Assembly: GCA_000708835.1 (NCBI GenBank)
Contig: DF237088.1
Location: 62,001 to 126,000, forward strand
Reading direction: 5' to 3'
DNA length: 64,000 nt
From: Klebsormidium nitens
Taxonomy: Eukaryota; Plantae; Klebsormidiophyceae
Shown here: piece by piece, positions 35,201 to 47,093 of the stretch
How positions within the stretch are numbered: position 1 is the first letter of the stretch
How the letters are laid out: each line of letters begins with the position of its first letter
Notes under the pieces: model-generated
What the model saw: only the letters and a program-made list of their open reading frames with translations
The model's database searches: none
What the model was told of the DNA's origin: nothing
Program-made: the position numbers and the translations under genes

Positions 35201-38200
35201 GCGGCAACCGGCGCTCAGGACGGTGAGGGGTTGGACGGTGAAGCTGGGCGGGCGGCAGATACGTGGGCAGTGGGTGCGTCAAAAGGGGTTCAGAATGGCG
35301 GTCCGGATGAGAGGGGCGGGGCAGATTCGGACGTTCCGGACTTCGTCTCCGACGAAGAATCAGAGCCAGAAGAGAAGCCGGAATACGCGGAGGCAACGAG
35401 CGGCTTGCCAGCGGATCCGAAGGCAAACGGAACGGAGGAGCGCACGCTGCCGGCAGCCCCGAAACTGTCACGGAAGGCGGACGCTCTGCCGTCGGCAGAG
35501 CTTACAGCAGTCATTCTGCCGCTTCCAAGGAGCTCTTCCGCCGGAATCCTGCCGCTTCCGAGGAGCGCTTCACCCGGAGTGCTCCCGCGGCCCAGTTCTG
35601 CGGCGGGAGTTCTGGAGCGCCCTAGCCCTCCTGCGATTCCGGTTCCGCCGGCTCCGCCGGTCCCAGATGACCTGCCGGACTTCGTCTCCTCGGGCTCGGA
35701 AGCGGAGTCGTCTGAGGAGGAGAATGGCGACACCACAGCTGACACACGCGGCCTGTCTGGTCGCCTTTCTCGGATGCCGGCACCAGCGGTTGGACTTCTC
35801 AAGTCACTGCCCGAAAAGCGAGTGAAGGAGCCTATTCCGCCGGGATTGGAACGCCCTGGACGAACCGGAACGGTGCGAACAGGCGAACGGCGGGAACAAG
35901 TCAGATTCGCCGCCGAAGTGACGAGCCCGCTGGAGCAGCTCCGTCAGGGGACGTACCAGCCCCCGCGCGTGCGCACGTCGTTCGTCGCCCAAACCCTCGA
36001 AAACCCCGCGAGTCCGCCCCTTTCCCCGCCACCGGGCCCCGAGCCGCCGGCCTCCGAACTAGAGGAGGGGGATTTTAAGCCCGGGGACGATGACGTCAGC
36101 GACGCTGACTCCGAAGGGTGGGTGACGCTGGGCAGCGAGCACGGCGGCGGTCACGACTGGCGCCTCGCACGTGACCTGTACGGAACGTTCCCCTACGAAG
36201 CGGGCTATCGCAGCCTGGCCACTAGCGCGGAGAGCAGCCTGAGTCCGCCGAAGCGGCCGCTGAGACTGAGCCAGCAGGCCGCAGGAGTGGCTGGCGGCGG
36301 AGGGAGCGCGGGACTCGAGAGGGCCCAGGCTCCGGTCGGCGCGCGACTGGGATCGGTACAGCAGCAGAAAATCGGACCCGGTCTCAATCAGGTAAGAAAG
36401 CAAGCTAAAAAGGTTTTGGTCCGCAAGCTTGTCCTCGGAATCGAAGTAGGATTCGCGAACGGTGGACGTTGCCTCCTCTATCGTGATGGGTTTTCTAGGG
36501 CGTTCATTCCGGCAGCTGGTTTTCTAAAGCCTTGAGGTGCACACTTTTAAAAACGGTGCTGAGAGCTGCCCTATGGAAGGGCATCGCCTTTAACTCCATT
36601 TTGAAGATACGCCTTTTGCTTGACTTAGGTTGCTGTTGACTTAAAAGGATTGACAAACGTTTCCAAGATCGCTAACGACCAGACAGTGTGCCGCTCCCTG
36701 CTGACCGCGTTCCGCTGCTCTCCGCAGGCTAACATCAACGACGGATGCTGGATCGACGTGGTACCGCGCAAGAAGAAGGCCCAGCCCCCTTTGCGCCCCG
36801 GCCAGGACGTGCGCATCATGGAGGCCCAGTACTTTTCGGAGGCACTTCCGGCAGCGCCCCGCGCGCATGCCAGGAAGAAAGTTCGTGGCGGCAGGAAGGT
36901 GCCGCACAGGCAGGCGGAGCTGAGGCACGCTCGATTGATGTCTGGTGAGAATCTTGAGATCTTGCGGCTTTACTTGGGCTAACGGATCTTGGCTAATGCA
37001 AGACGAAGTTGAGTTTAATAATGACATAGGTTGCTGTGCGCTCAGTCTTTGCGATAGAGGGTCGAGCGCAGGAGTGGATACACTGCCATCAAGCTGACCG
37101 TGGTGGATGGATATGCTGGGTGCTATGTGGGTTCCTGAACTTCTTGACCTCTTGTTTCCTTCCAGCCCAAGAGGCATTCTTGATGTTCACCTTGAACAAT
37201 AAGAAACTGCGCTGCTCAAGTTGCGGACTCGCTTTTGCGCAGGTACTCAGACCATCGCCAACTCTGTAGCAATTTTCTGCAGGTGCTGCACAGCTGCCTC
37301 TTCCCCCCGGCATTCAGCCCCATGCCCCGCGCCCTGCCGCTCTGCTCCACCCCAACCTCGGCCTCGCAGCCGCGTTCCCCCCGCTTCCCCCCCATCCAAA
37401 ACGCGCACAAGCGCGCCCCCAGCCGCCTTTGAACTCCCAAAATCCAGCGCGCACCAAGGCGAACACCGGCAGGCAGTACGTTCCGGCCAATACCACTTGG
37501 GCGGACATTCCGGACCCGTCCGATTCCGCAACGGACACCGGAACCCCGCTGGTTGGACGCCCCACGCACTCCCCGTTGGCTACTGAGGAACCCCTGGGAA
37601 GGAGGCGCGCTATTCCGGACCCCAAGTATCAGTTTCCGACTGAGAGACTGGCCCTGCAAGCGGGGCTGCCCAATGAGATCACTCGACAGGAGCCCCCCTC
37701 TCGCGTGGCACCTCGCCAGTACGCACCGTCCCTGCACGGGCCGTCGGCAAAAGCGCGGCCGGCAGCGCTCGGCGGGTTCCTGGGGGGGCACGTGTCGGAC
37801 AGTGGGCGCGCGGAGCAGCCACGTGCGACCCGGCAGACGGCGCAGTACTTTTCGGACGTCGAGGGAGCGGGGGTGGACCCACGAGTGGTGGAGCTGATTT
37901 GCTCGGCGGCGGACGTCCGAGCTCTTCGATCACAAGAGCGTGCAGCCGCCCCTTCCCAGCTAATTGCACACCCGCAAGTTCCCCCCGTCGGCAGACCCCC
38001 GAGGAGCCCCCAGAAGCAGAGGACCGACGCCGCCCAGATCGGCCGCCGGGCGAACGAGCCGGTTATGGTCCGGGCGGAGAGCATAATCAGCGACGAGGGT
38101 GCGGGTCGGCCACAAAAGGCGGCGAAGCGGCGGCAGGCGGAAGAGGAAGCGGACGACGCGTACTGCTGCATCTGCTTCGAGAACCCCAAGAACGCGGCGC

Positions 38201-38346
38201 TGTCGCCGTGCGGGCACCTGCTGTGCGTCGAGTGCGCGGGGGTCATGCACAAGACTAGGAAGACCTGCCCGGTGTGTAGCAAGAAGATTGAGAGCGTGCT
38301 CAAGCTGTTCGACAGCGCGATCAGATTGCCAGCTCATCTGAGATAG
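20274..38346 (+). CDS. Giant (~4,588 aa) protein: GREB1/JGT-like glycosyltransferase domain + ARM-like repeats + acidic disordered region + C-terminal RING
   Basis: 14 exons joined by 13 phase-compatible GT-AG introns: 20274-20481, 20865-21406, 21688-21891, 22173-22313, 22597-22737, 22987-24403, 24701-24906, 25294-26787, 27083-28159, 28479-29780, 30164-32828, 33402-36391, 36629-36944, 37283-38346. Total 13,767 nt, divisible by 3, with no internal stop seen. Confidence 0.8.
21778..23169 (+). other. GT-A fold glycosyltransferase domain, GREB1 C-terminal / TET-associated GT / JGT-like (split across exons 3-6)
   Basis: Spliced sequence: PIFIASRRR..HLNL..HVVLLTIEPSDEAAYRKW..HILVVLP..GIGYARRWIQ..YWQMDDN..MVLLY..EWVDFTEQVH..YVGG. 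Motif order matches the GREB1/JGT family as I recall it. Confidence 0.72.
25294..29780 (+). other. Armadillo/HEAT-like helical repeat region of the giant protein
   Basis: Recurrent units such as VMGAMAAHPQDVQVQYLGFSFLADLA, VFQALKSFPRSRAVQEEGLAALAELL, VRVAVNFPQDLQLLGSSVKLL and FIASGLVSEIGITMTRF..LQRDGGFALSAIL. Confidence 0.6.
31412..31591 (+). repeat. Intragenic tandem duplication, 99-nt (33-aa) period
   Basis: KVKWFEGIRLLLDEGEELLEKLRRFLR versus KVKSHEVIHLSLNEGEKVLKKLRRFLR, with matching DNA similarity (aaactccgRcgcttccttcgg in both copies). Confidence 0.85.
35513..35628 (+). repeat. Short coding tandem repeat (ILPLPRSSSAG-like, 4 degenerate copies)
   Basis: ILPLPRSSSAG ILPLPRSASPG VLPRPSSAAG VLERPSPP. 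Confidence 0.75.
38164..38277 (+). other. C3HC4 RING finger at the C-terminus of the giant protein
   Basis: CCICFENPKNAALSPCGHLLCVECAGVMHKTRKTCPVC = C-x2-C-x11-C-x-H-x2-C-x2-C-x10-C-x2-C, followed by KKIESVLKLF as in terminal RING E3 ligases. Confidence 0.93.
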
Positions 38347-39387
38347 GCCGCGTAGTGGTTCTGGCTTGAGTGGGCAGTAGACGCTCTTTCTGCAGTGTGA
38401 CGACAATGATGGATTCTCGTGTACATTGGGCTGCTGCACGCAAAAATCTTTCGCATGTACTCTGGGTCAGATGGAGATACAGTATGGTAATCCACCAAGC
38501 GCGTTCCTTATTTCAGGGAGTCGAACGAACACATACGTAACGGCCTGATTTCCCTAGCTGTCTAACGAATCTCAGGCGTCAACATAGCGCGCGGAGCCGC
38601 ATGCAGGCCCTGCATGATAAATTTGAACCCGATCATTGCGTGGACGACATAATTCTAAGCAATATACCCTATCGAAAAGGAAAGCGGACCATGTAAGTGC
38701 TAACTGTACATGCTGATCGGGAAGCATGCCAGCGGACTGCATGCTCTTTGACAAGTTCACTGAGCGCGCGAATACAATTTGCCTAGTTAACTTACACAAA
38801 CACCAAAGGTGTGGACTCGGATCCGGTTGGGCCTGACGTACTATGATATGGGGGCATGCCGCGCGCAACGTATACGTCGTCCATGGCTATAGGCTGATAT
38901 ATTAGATTAATGTAATTACTAAATGAAGGTACGTACTTAATTAAGTCCGCAAGGTATACGGCATTACTGCCGTTTAAATCTGACGATTGCAGCTTGCATG
39001 ATCTTCAGTGCAGGGATTCTTTATACCATTCCATGAAAGTATGTTTGATAAGATCAAATCATGTGGAGTCTCGACATGCATCTCACACGAATAGATGCGT
39101 CGGCGTCAGTGAGTGGCCACCCCGGACCGACGGTAAACATGTCAAACATGCAGGTCTGAATGTTGAGTAAAACCATCACGGATCCCTTCAGTTATCAGAC
39201 ACGGTACGTGCTGCCGCGATGAAGTCAACTTTCATGCATCACCCAGACGTAGTCCCCAAGGCTTCAGGTGTAGATCTGAAGCGCATTCGTCATGATCACA
39301 TGTTTAGAGACACGTGTGCAGGCTGGATGAACGCAGCTGTTAAGAGAGAGCCGCAGAGGCAAGCGAATAGGCATAAGCAACCTTTGC

Positions 39388-42300
39388 TCAAAATCGCTTG
39401 ATGTCCTTGGGTGGTCTGAAAGGAAGCCCTGGATGCGTTTCTGGCGTCGCATCCTCGTCTTCCTTCCACATTTTGATCGTCTTATCGGCCTCGCATGTCA
39501 CGAGGCGGCTTCCGGTGACATCATACGTCATTGCAAAAATGCCCGCCTCGCTATCAAGAGAGCCTGGAGAGGTCAGAGCGTAGAATGTCAGTGCGATTCA
39601 AAATCGAGGTGAGAAAAGCATAGAAACTAAATTCAACAAGTGTGGCCAGTCGCTACGATCGAAGCAGCGGCCTATGCGAATACATCCTCAAAGCTCTTCT
39701 TAGCCCCTCCACGCAAGGTGCAGAAACCACCCAACAATAGCGAACCTCTTCAAATGCAAAAGGCCGGTCCTACATCCTAAAAGATTTGACAACTTGCCCA
39801 GACCGCCAATAAACGGAAAAAATGGCGTCAAAAGCCGAACCAGAAGTCACAGACGCACCCGTCCAGGACCGAACAATCTTTCTCCGCGACTCATTGACAG
39901 CAGTGACTAAGCGCCTCACCTGGCTGCACGATGGACTGGTCCTGCTGGAAGTTGTGGCCGCTCTTCCAGTCCCAGTACCACATGCTGCCGTTGTCGCCCC
40001 CCGTCGCCAGCACGCCGTCCTCGTTCACCGCCATGCAGTTCACGATCGTCTTCTGCTGCGTGCTGCGCAACCAAACCGATACAGCGGCGCCAGTCAGAGG
40101 CCACTCACCCATACAGCTTTGCACTCTGACAACGGGAACGGAGGGCTCCCTTTACTTCAAAGGTCCGCAGAATCTTATGACAAGCCCTACGGGCCGCTTT
40201 CAAAGGTCGTGTACCGCACAATAAACAAGCAGAAAGTCGGGTGTTCTTTAGGTTCCTCCTGAAAGCGGGGATAAACAAGCCCGGAGTACTGATCTGAAAT
40301 GCAATCAGAGGTAGTCACGACTGAGAATCTCAGCATAAAATAACCCATGAGGTATTCAGGGTGACAGCAAAAGAGCTGGTAAACTCACAGCATGTTGTGA
40401 AGGAACTCCCCTTGCGGCAGCTTGAACTTTTTGATGTTGTCGGCAGATGCAGAAGCGAAGGTGTGCCTGCGGATTTTCGAATAGTGAGATGCGAACGCTA
40501 TTCTGACGTGTAACTTAAAACAACATAACGATAAATAAGATACGTGAGACAACATTCGCAGACTTGAAACAGGTCAGAACTGATGCGTACTGCAAACACT
40601 GGTGTTTTCGGCAAAGCTCCTGTCGGGGACAGCCCCCCAAGACCGAATTGTGCACATCGAGAGTAGACACTTGCGAGAAATCTGTCACCTGTGAACTGGA
40701 TATTGGGCCTTTTGGTCCTTTGATTGAGTAGGAAACGTATGCAAACAACTGAACGACCACTCATACACGCGGCATGCAAAGAACAACGAGCTGAACGCGG
40801 GTGAAAGCAGGGGGGCTCACTCGAAGGGGTGCATGGCCAGCGCTCTGACCGACTTTTTGTGGAAGGTGAGGGTGGACATGGTCTTGCCGGCCGCCAGGTC
40901 CCACAGCTTGACCGTCGAGTCGTGGGAGCCCGTGATGATCTGGGGGTCCTGCACAACCAAGATAACGACCAAAGAAATTATCAAAAGGTGAGGCAAACAA
41001 CGTTGGAGGTGATCACCGTGGAAGCATGACGAAGATACGGAGCTTCGACAAGGTTGAAAACGTCGACATCTGCTCCAGCCAGCGAAATCGAGCCTGCGGC
41101 TAACTGCTTTTGTGCAGTGCAAAGGGCAGTCCCCGAACCACCGTACTTTCAGCTGAACAAGGTTTCGCTGCAGGCAGCATGGGTTCTTCCCTGACCAAAA
41201 AACGACCTTTCTAATCAGGTAACAGCAGGAGACCGCACCCCTGGAAGACAGTAATAGAAGTGCATAATCATCTTGAGGGTAAGCCCATGCGACTCACAGT
41301 AGGTTGTGTCAACACGGCGCACACAGTGTTCTCGTGGCCTGACAGACAGAAGATCTGCGCTTTGGTGCGCATGTCCCACACCTGCACCAAGAAAGAGCGA
41401 TCGCCGTCAGCAAACGAACCGTTCGCATAACCCCAAATCTTATCAAAGTGTACCGGAGAACGAAGCAAGCGGACAGTACGAACGCTTCCTGATCGAACCA
41501 AGCCTAGCGCTGTTGAGCGGGTACGAACATGGTCAAAACACTACGTCAGGTTTGTTGATTTTGTCCTGTTTCTTTTCGTGAGCCAAATGCATTCTGATGA
41601 TGCAGTTTCAACCAGAAAGGTAGTCAGGAAAAGTGACAGGAAATGTGACTCATCAGGGTGATAGAAGCAGAAACAATTGCACGCAATGGTGAGCTCACTC
41701 GGCACGCCGAGTCTCGGCCGCCCGTCATGAGAATGTCGAGCGTGGGGTGGAGGGCGAGGCAGTAGACGCCGCTGAGATGGCCGTGGTACGAACGGATGAC
41801 CTGGACGGCGGAGAAGTTAAGAGTTCAACATGTGGCAACATTCAGATCCTTTTCTGAGTTCGCTGTATCAAGGATCAGCGCTTTGAAAAGGTCAGAGCGT
41901 TTCTTAGTTGCAACTACTCTAAAGGGCCAGCATCTGGAAGATTGTAACCGATTCTTGCGTGCAGATTTTCAAGAAGGGGGGCTTGCTTGAAAACGAATAT
42001 GAGGACCTCTGCCTGGACTTACGATGAGAGGGTGCCCTGATAATGCAGTGGACCATACAGATGTAAGATCGGGAGCCGACACCACATTGCTTTGCCTCGC
42101 AGAAAAAAGTCGCTCGGCTCGACTCAATGCTGGGGATGGGAACGGGCTTAAAGAACAACCATCTCGGCTTACCTTGTTGTACTCGAGGTCCCAACACTTG
42201 ACTTGCTTGTCGTCTCCCGCAGAAAACATGTACGGGTGTCGAGAGCTCACAGCAAGGCCTGCAGCAGCAATTAACTGGTAAGCCCCTCTTTGCCTCTATG

Positions 42301-44420
42301 CTTTTCTTGCCTCTATACTTTTGATCCAAAGCGCTCCCGCTGAAGAGCCCCGCCTCAGCTACCCATTATCGAAATCTTCATAAGAATGGCATATTCATCA
42401 CTTCCAGGAACGGGAGAGCAGATCAAGACTCCCACACAAGCGGCTTTCTCGCTGTTTCGGTATCCCGTAAAAGCTTACCTCGGACTTGCTCGATGTGGCC
42501 CGTTAACGTCAGCTTCAACTGCCCCGAAGCGGTGTCCCACACCTGCAAAAAGACCCAATCACTGCTCGGCGCTTTTGGAATAAACACTTTTCACTTCCAG
42601 TCGGACCAAAGACTTCCGACATGTCTAGATGGTTCAAGCAGTCGACTGAATGCGCGCTGCACACTTGCGGCACACTTGCTGCACACTTGCACACTTTGAC
42701 CAACCCCTTTTAGAACCTGAGACTTATCTACGGCTTCGACAGTCAGAGTACCATTGAAGGGCGTGATAAAGCTGAAACGTTTTGGCTTAAAGGAGACCCT
42801 GGTTCATAAGAAGTTCCCCGCTTATACACTGTCAACAGTCGGCACAATGTAATTATCTAGCAAGTGTCTGTCTAGCACAAAAGTGGCACTAAGATGCATG
42901 GGCGCTCACCTTTATTGTCCGGTCAGCTGAGCCCGTGACAAACCACTCGTTCCCCGGTTCAAATGCTACTGATCGCACCCACCCAAGATGCCCCGAAATC
43001 ACCTGCAGGACAGATCGCAACCTCAGCACTGTCGCCAACCAGACTGGCGAGCTCCGAGTCCGCAGACAAAATATCTTGAACGTTTCGAACTCATACTCTA
43101 TTGCTGCAAGTCGTTTTACCACAGTCTGAAGCAGACTGCCAACAATCTGCCGCACAAATCCAGGCAAGCATACCACTGCTCTACTCTCGACTGGGGCAGA
43201 ATATGTGAGCACTCGTTCTTCCTCGGCAAAATCCTATTGTTTTAGGAACAAATTTCCAACTGCGTGCAATTGCAGTCACTGCCATCAACGCTCAACCACT
43301 CACCCGGTACAGTTTCCAGGGCGGATGCCACACTGGCTTCGGCCATTTGCTCGGCAGCCGCTTGAGCACCTGCGCGCTGAACTGGTCTTTCGACCCCAAC
43401 GTGCTAAGCGCCATGTTTCCAGGCGCTTTCGGCACATCCGGCGCCGCCGCCTGGTGAATCACCAGCTCGTTGCCGGGGCCTGCCGCTGCCCCCGCAACGG
43501 GGGGGTGCTTAGCTCCCGACGTGCTAGGGACGGCAGCCTCAGCGGCCCCCCCGGCCGGGCGCCGAATGTCGGCTGCATGGGGGGGTGCGGCGGCGGCGAT
43601 GTCTTTGGAGGGGACCGGGAGCGGCTTGTCTTTGATGGCAGCGTACTCGTCATTGATCTTTGCGGAGATGCGGGCTTGCGTGCTGGGACAGGGAGGAATC
43701 AGAATTGGCGGGTGAGATTCTGGATAGTCTCACGAGAACAGGGTTTGGCGCAAAAATTGGACAATTGAGCACTCGGGGCTCTGGCACCAGGCTGTGCTTT
43801 CCCGGGGAAACAGGAGGTGGTGCTTATTCATGAGGTCTTATCCAGATTGCGTACCACCACAGGCACTGTGCTCAAACTGAAGAAAGAACCCTAGTGTGAA
43901 CCTGCTTAGCAGCGTAGACCAGACCCTGCTGAGCAGAGGCCGAATTCCGCAAAGACCATGAACATAACAAACGGAACAAAGGTCTGAGACTCTTCAAGAT
44001 GTGGTAAGCAGGTAAGGGGCAGCAGAAAAAGGTGCAAACAAACATTTTCAAAGATGACAGAGCTCTGGAACGAGATGAAGGAATTGTCACCACAAATTTT
44101 CTATGTTCATTTAACAGGCACGGACCATGATCCATTACCAACAAACAGAATGCGGCACCAATTAAGGGTAGTTTCTTGTTACAGTTGGACAATTCCCACA
44201 GGAAAGATGGATCCATGCCTCCACGGCTGCTGGAGCAAAGCCAAGGCTGATACATGGCACCATTGATAAATTCTTGGGTGAATGGACACCTGAGGGCATC
44301 CGGAGCTGGCCGCTCTCCTCGATTGGAGAGGAACAACTCGTAGGTCCGCTTCAACGACTTTTGATACAGCTTCCGCAGCGAGTGTGGCTCAACATCCTCC
44401 GCCACCGCCATGCCTGGCAT
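39388..44420 (-). CDS. PRL1: Pleiotropic regulatory locus 1 (PLRG1/Prp46), WD40 spliceosome NTC subunit
   Basis: Spliced exons give [92 protein letters not shown] and [23 protein letters not shown]. Confidence 0.96.
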
Positions 44421-45066
44421 CGAACGCTCCTCCGAAGCGCTTCCCAACCCTCCCGCTGGAACCTGACCGCCTTTTCCCCCTCCCTGACACTTCGTGACCC
44501 CTTCCCTCCCTCCGGCCAACACTGATTATGCGCGCACTGTCGCCACTCTCCTCTTGGAACAGAGCCTGGACAGAGCTTTGCTTTGGCTTGGCCAACTCGT
44601 TATATCGTCGTCGAGTGTGTGTGTGTGAGCTTTGCAGAGTTTGCTGTGGTCGCGGTCAAGACGCTGTAATTGTAACTGGCTGCTGGTTTAGTATAGACTA
44701 AGAAAACTACAAAGGTAAATCTGTTCAATGGCCACGTTTGTAGTGTCCACGTTGCAGTGTGCGAGGAGCCGCATTCTGAAGGCGGTGTTTTCAGGGTTAA
44801 GTCAAGTTTTAGTTCACCGAGTCTAACCAGTTTTTATAACTACAAGTTTTTGAGCAGCTTAGGCTTGGCAACCACATTTCCTGCTTTTCTTCAATGCTGC
44901 CTTTCTTCCAATCCTCTTCCAATCAGGTTGCCAGCACCTCCGCCTTAAGTTTTTCCATGTCACTTTCCCCTTCCTTGTCAGGCTCTCTACCAACTGCGCA
45001 TTTCAATCAAATTGAGGCACTTCTTGGATCAATCAGGCTCTGAAGTTCAGCGCTCCATCTTTTCAT

Positions 45067-46271
45067 ATGACTACCTCGGCGGCTCCCCTTGGCACCCCCC
45101 TTGCGCATGAAGATGTTCTCAAGCTCCAAGCGGAGCTGGCGGAGATAGGCATCCTGCAAGAGAAACTGATCTTGCTCAGACAGGAGGTGAGCTGCGCATC
45201 CCCTTGAGCAGACGTCAGTTTGCAGTGCGAGCTTTGGTGATGGTGCAACGCCTCAGCCTACAAGTCTCGGGTTGATTGCAGGGTTGCAATGTCTGCTGCC
45301 CCTTTAACTTCCTGTGCTGCTGCAACTCCAGCTGGATTGCTGTAAGACGATGTTGCTGATTCAGAAAGTTGCCTCCTCAAATACCTGGAAGGAACTTGTA
45401 GCACACCATGCGCTTGAGTAAGTTTAACAACAAACATACTTTGGCAAACAGTTGGAACATCTATCCCCCAGTCCAGGTTGATGACTATTTCCCTGTCGCC
45501 AGTCGTGCTTCCCCACTGAATGAAGCATACCTTCAGTGGCCTTCAACTCGTCGAAACAAGTACTCAAGATCGCAGCCTTACACTCCCTTGCTTTTCCTGC
45601 AGCTTCTCAATTTGGACAGGAAACAGATTGCGAATCGAGAAGCACTAGCTGCACTGCAACGGCGGGCCAGAGAGCAAGAAGCCACCAGAAAGGGCGCCAG
45701 CAACAGTAGTGGAATATGCACATCCTGCGGAGCTGAAGGAGGGGGCATGCATGAGCCTGTGTGGTTGGCGGCGGCCCCTAGCAGTGCCTTTGTGCTGCTG
45801 CCGCATCAAAGGGCAGTCCGTCAGCTGGAGCAGGGTGAGTTGGCTGCTGGGGGTTTAGCGGGGTATGCCCAAAGGAATGAAATTGCTTCCCGAAATGCTT
45901 GCCAAAAGGAAGGATCAGGCTTTGCTGAGATCGATCTGGGCCTATCCTTTAACCACCGGAATCACTTTCTCGAATATGGTCAGTTGATGGACTTATGCAT
46001 TCCTTGCTGAGTTCTCAGTATCATTCGACTCAATTTGGAACTTCGCAAGCAGAACGAATCGTTTGCCAGAAGACTCTGGGTTGGCGTTGCGGAGATAAGT
46101 TCTGATGCTCTTCTTACTATATCTGCAGATCAAGAAAGCTTGAAATCGAAGTTTAAGCAGCTAAAAGTTGGTGAGAGAAAGCTTGAAAGCCTTTTATCTG
46201 AAAAGGCCAGTCAAGCATCTCAAAGTTCTTCAGATCCTGGAGTCCTACAAACGCTTCTGTCCGTGAGATAG
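45067..46271 (+). CDS. PDRG1: p53 and DNA damage-regulated protein 1 (prefoldin-like)
   Basis: Three exons (45067-~45186, ~45604-45834, ~46128-46271) encode LLRQELLNLDRKQIANREALAAL..CTSCG..EPVWL..PHQRAVRQLEQDQ..DPGVLQTLLSV, matching the plant PDRG1 pattern as recalled. Confidence 0.8.
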
Positions 46272-47093
46272 TTGTGGGCATGATCGATCTGATGGTTCTG
46301 GAGTCCTTAAGATCGGATTAACCTCACAGATATGGTGCTTGGATATGGTGCATCCAATCGAGTGTTGAAAGCAGGCCGAATTGCACATGTTGAGGTGTCA
46401 TGCAAGGAGCGCTGCATTCAAGCTGTCCATCTGATGATACTTGAGGTTCTCGTCCAGCCCTGTGCTGAAGAGTTACAGCATAGTCCGGTGACCTCACCAA
46501 TATAGTGATTGTTTAAGTTCGATGAAGCATGCAACGAGATTGCAGCATGGAAGATTGGAAAGTGACGTGCAGCTGGCAGAGCGTGAGGCATGCGCAGTAA
46601 TCGTGTGCGACCATGGTTTGCTACTTGGTTTACGCGGGGTGTATACACTACACGTCCGGTGCGCCAGGCATAATCCACATACAAACTCTTTCATAACTTG
46701 CCATGCATGCGCCCCTGCGGTGTTGCATGAAGCAATCATGCATGCAGACTATATTGGCTTGGTGCCACTGCGTTCGCTGGCAGCAGTCGGATCATGTCAA
46801 ATATCATGGCAGGCACGGTGCTGCCAAAGGAGGCTTTTCACAACAGCAAGCTGGGACCACAGCTACTCAAGGCAGCTATGATAGGCGATAGCTTGCAATT
46901 GCGCTGCTCTCCGCTGCAAAGCAAGAGCAATCTTGCCTAACACCAATCATCCATCGCAAGAGCCCTTCAGTGCAGGGGTTCGTATGACTACAAACCAGTC
47001 TTTCGACTGTGATAAATGGATCCGAACGTCCATGCTCGGTTCGCTGCTCCCCTTTTCTCCGTCGGAACACAAGTAGTCGCCAGCTAATGAGTG

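Noticed and set aside
22954-35802. Long minus-strand ORFs (22954-23907, 23490-24332, 33928-35049, 35290-35802 and others)
   Set aside because: They are antisense shadows of the GC-rich exons of the giant gene, with S/P/A-rich translations and no recognisable motifs.
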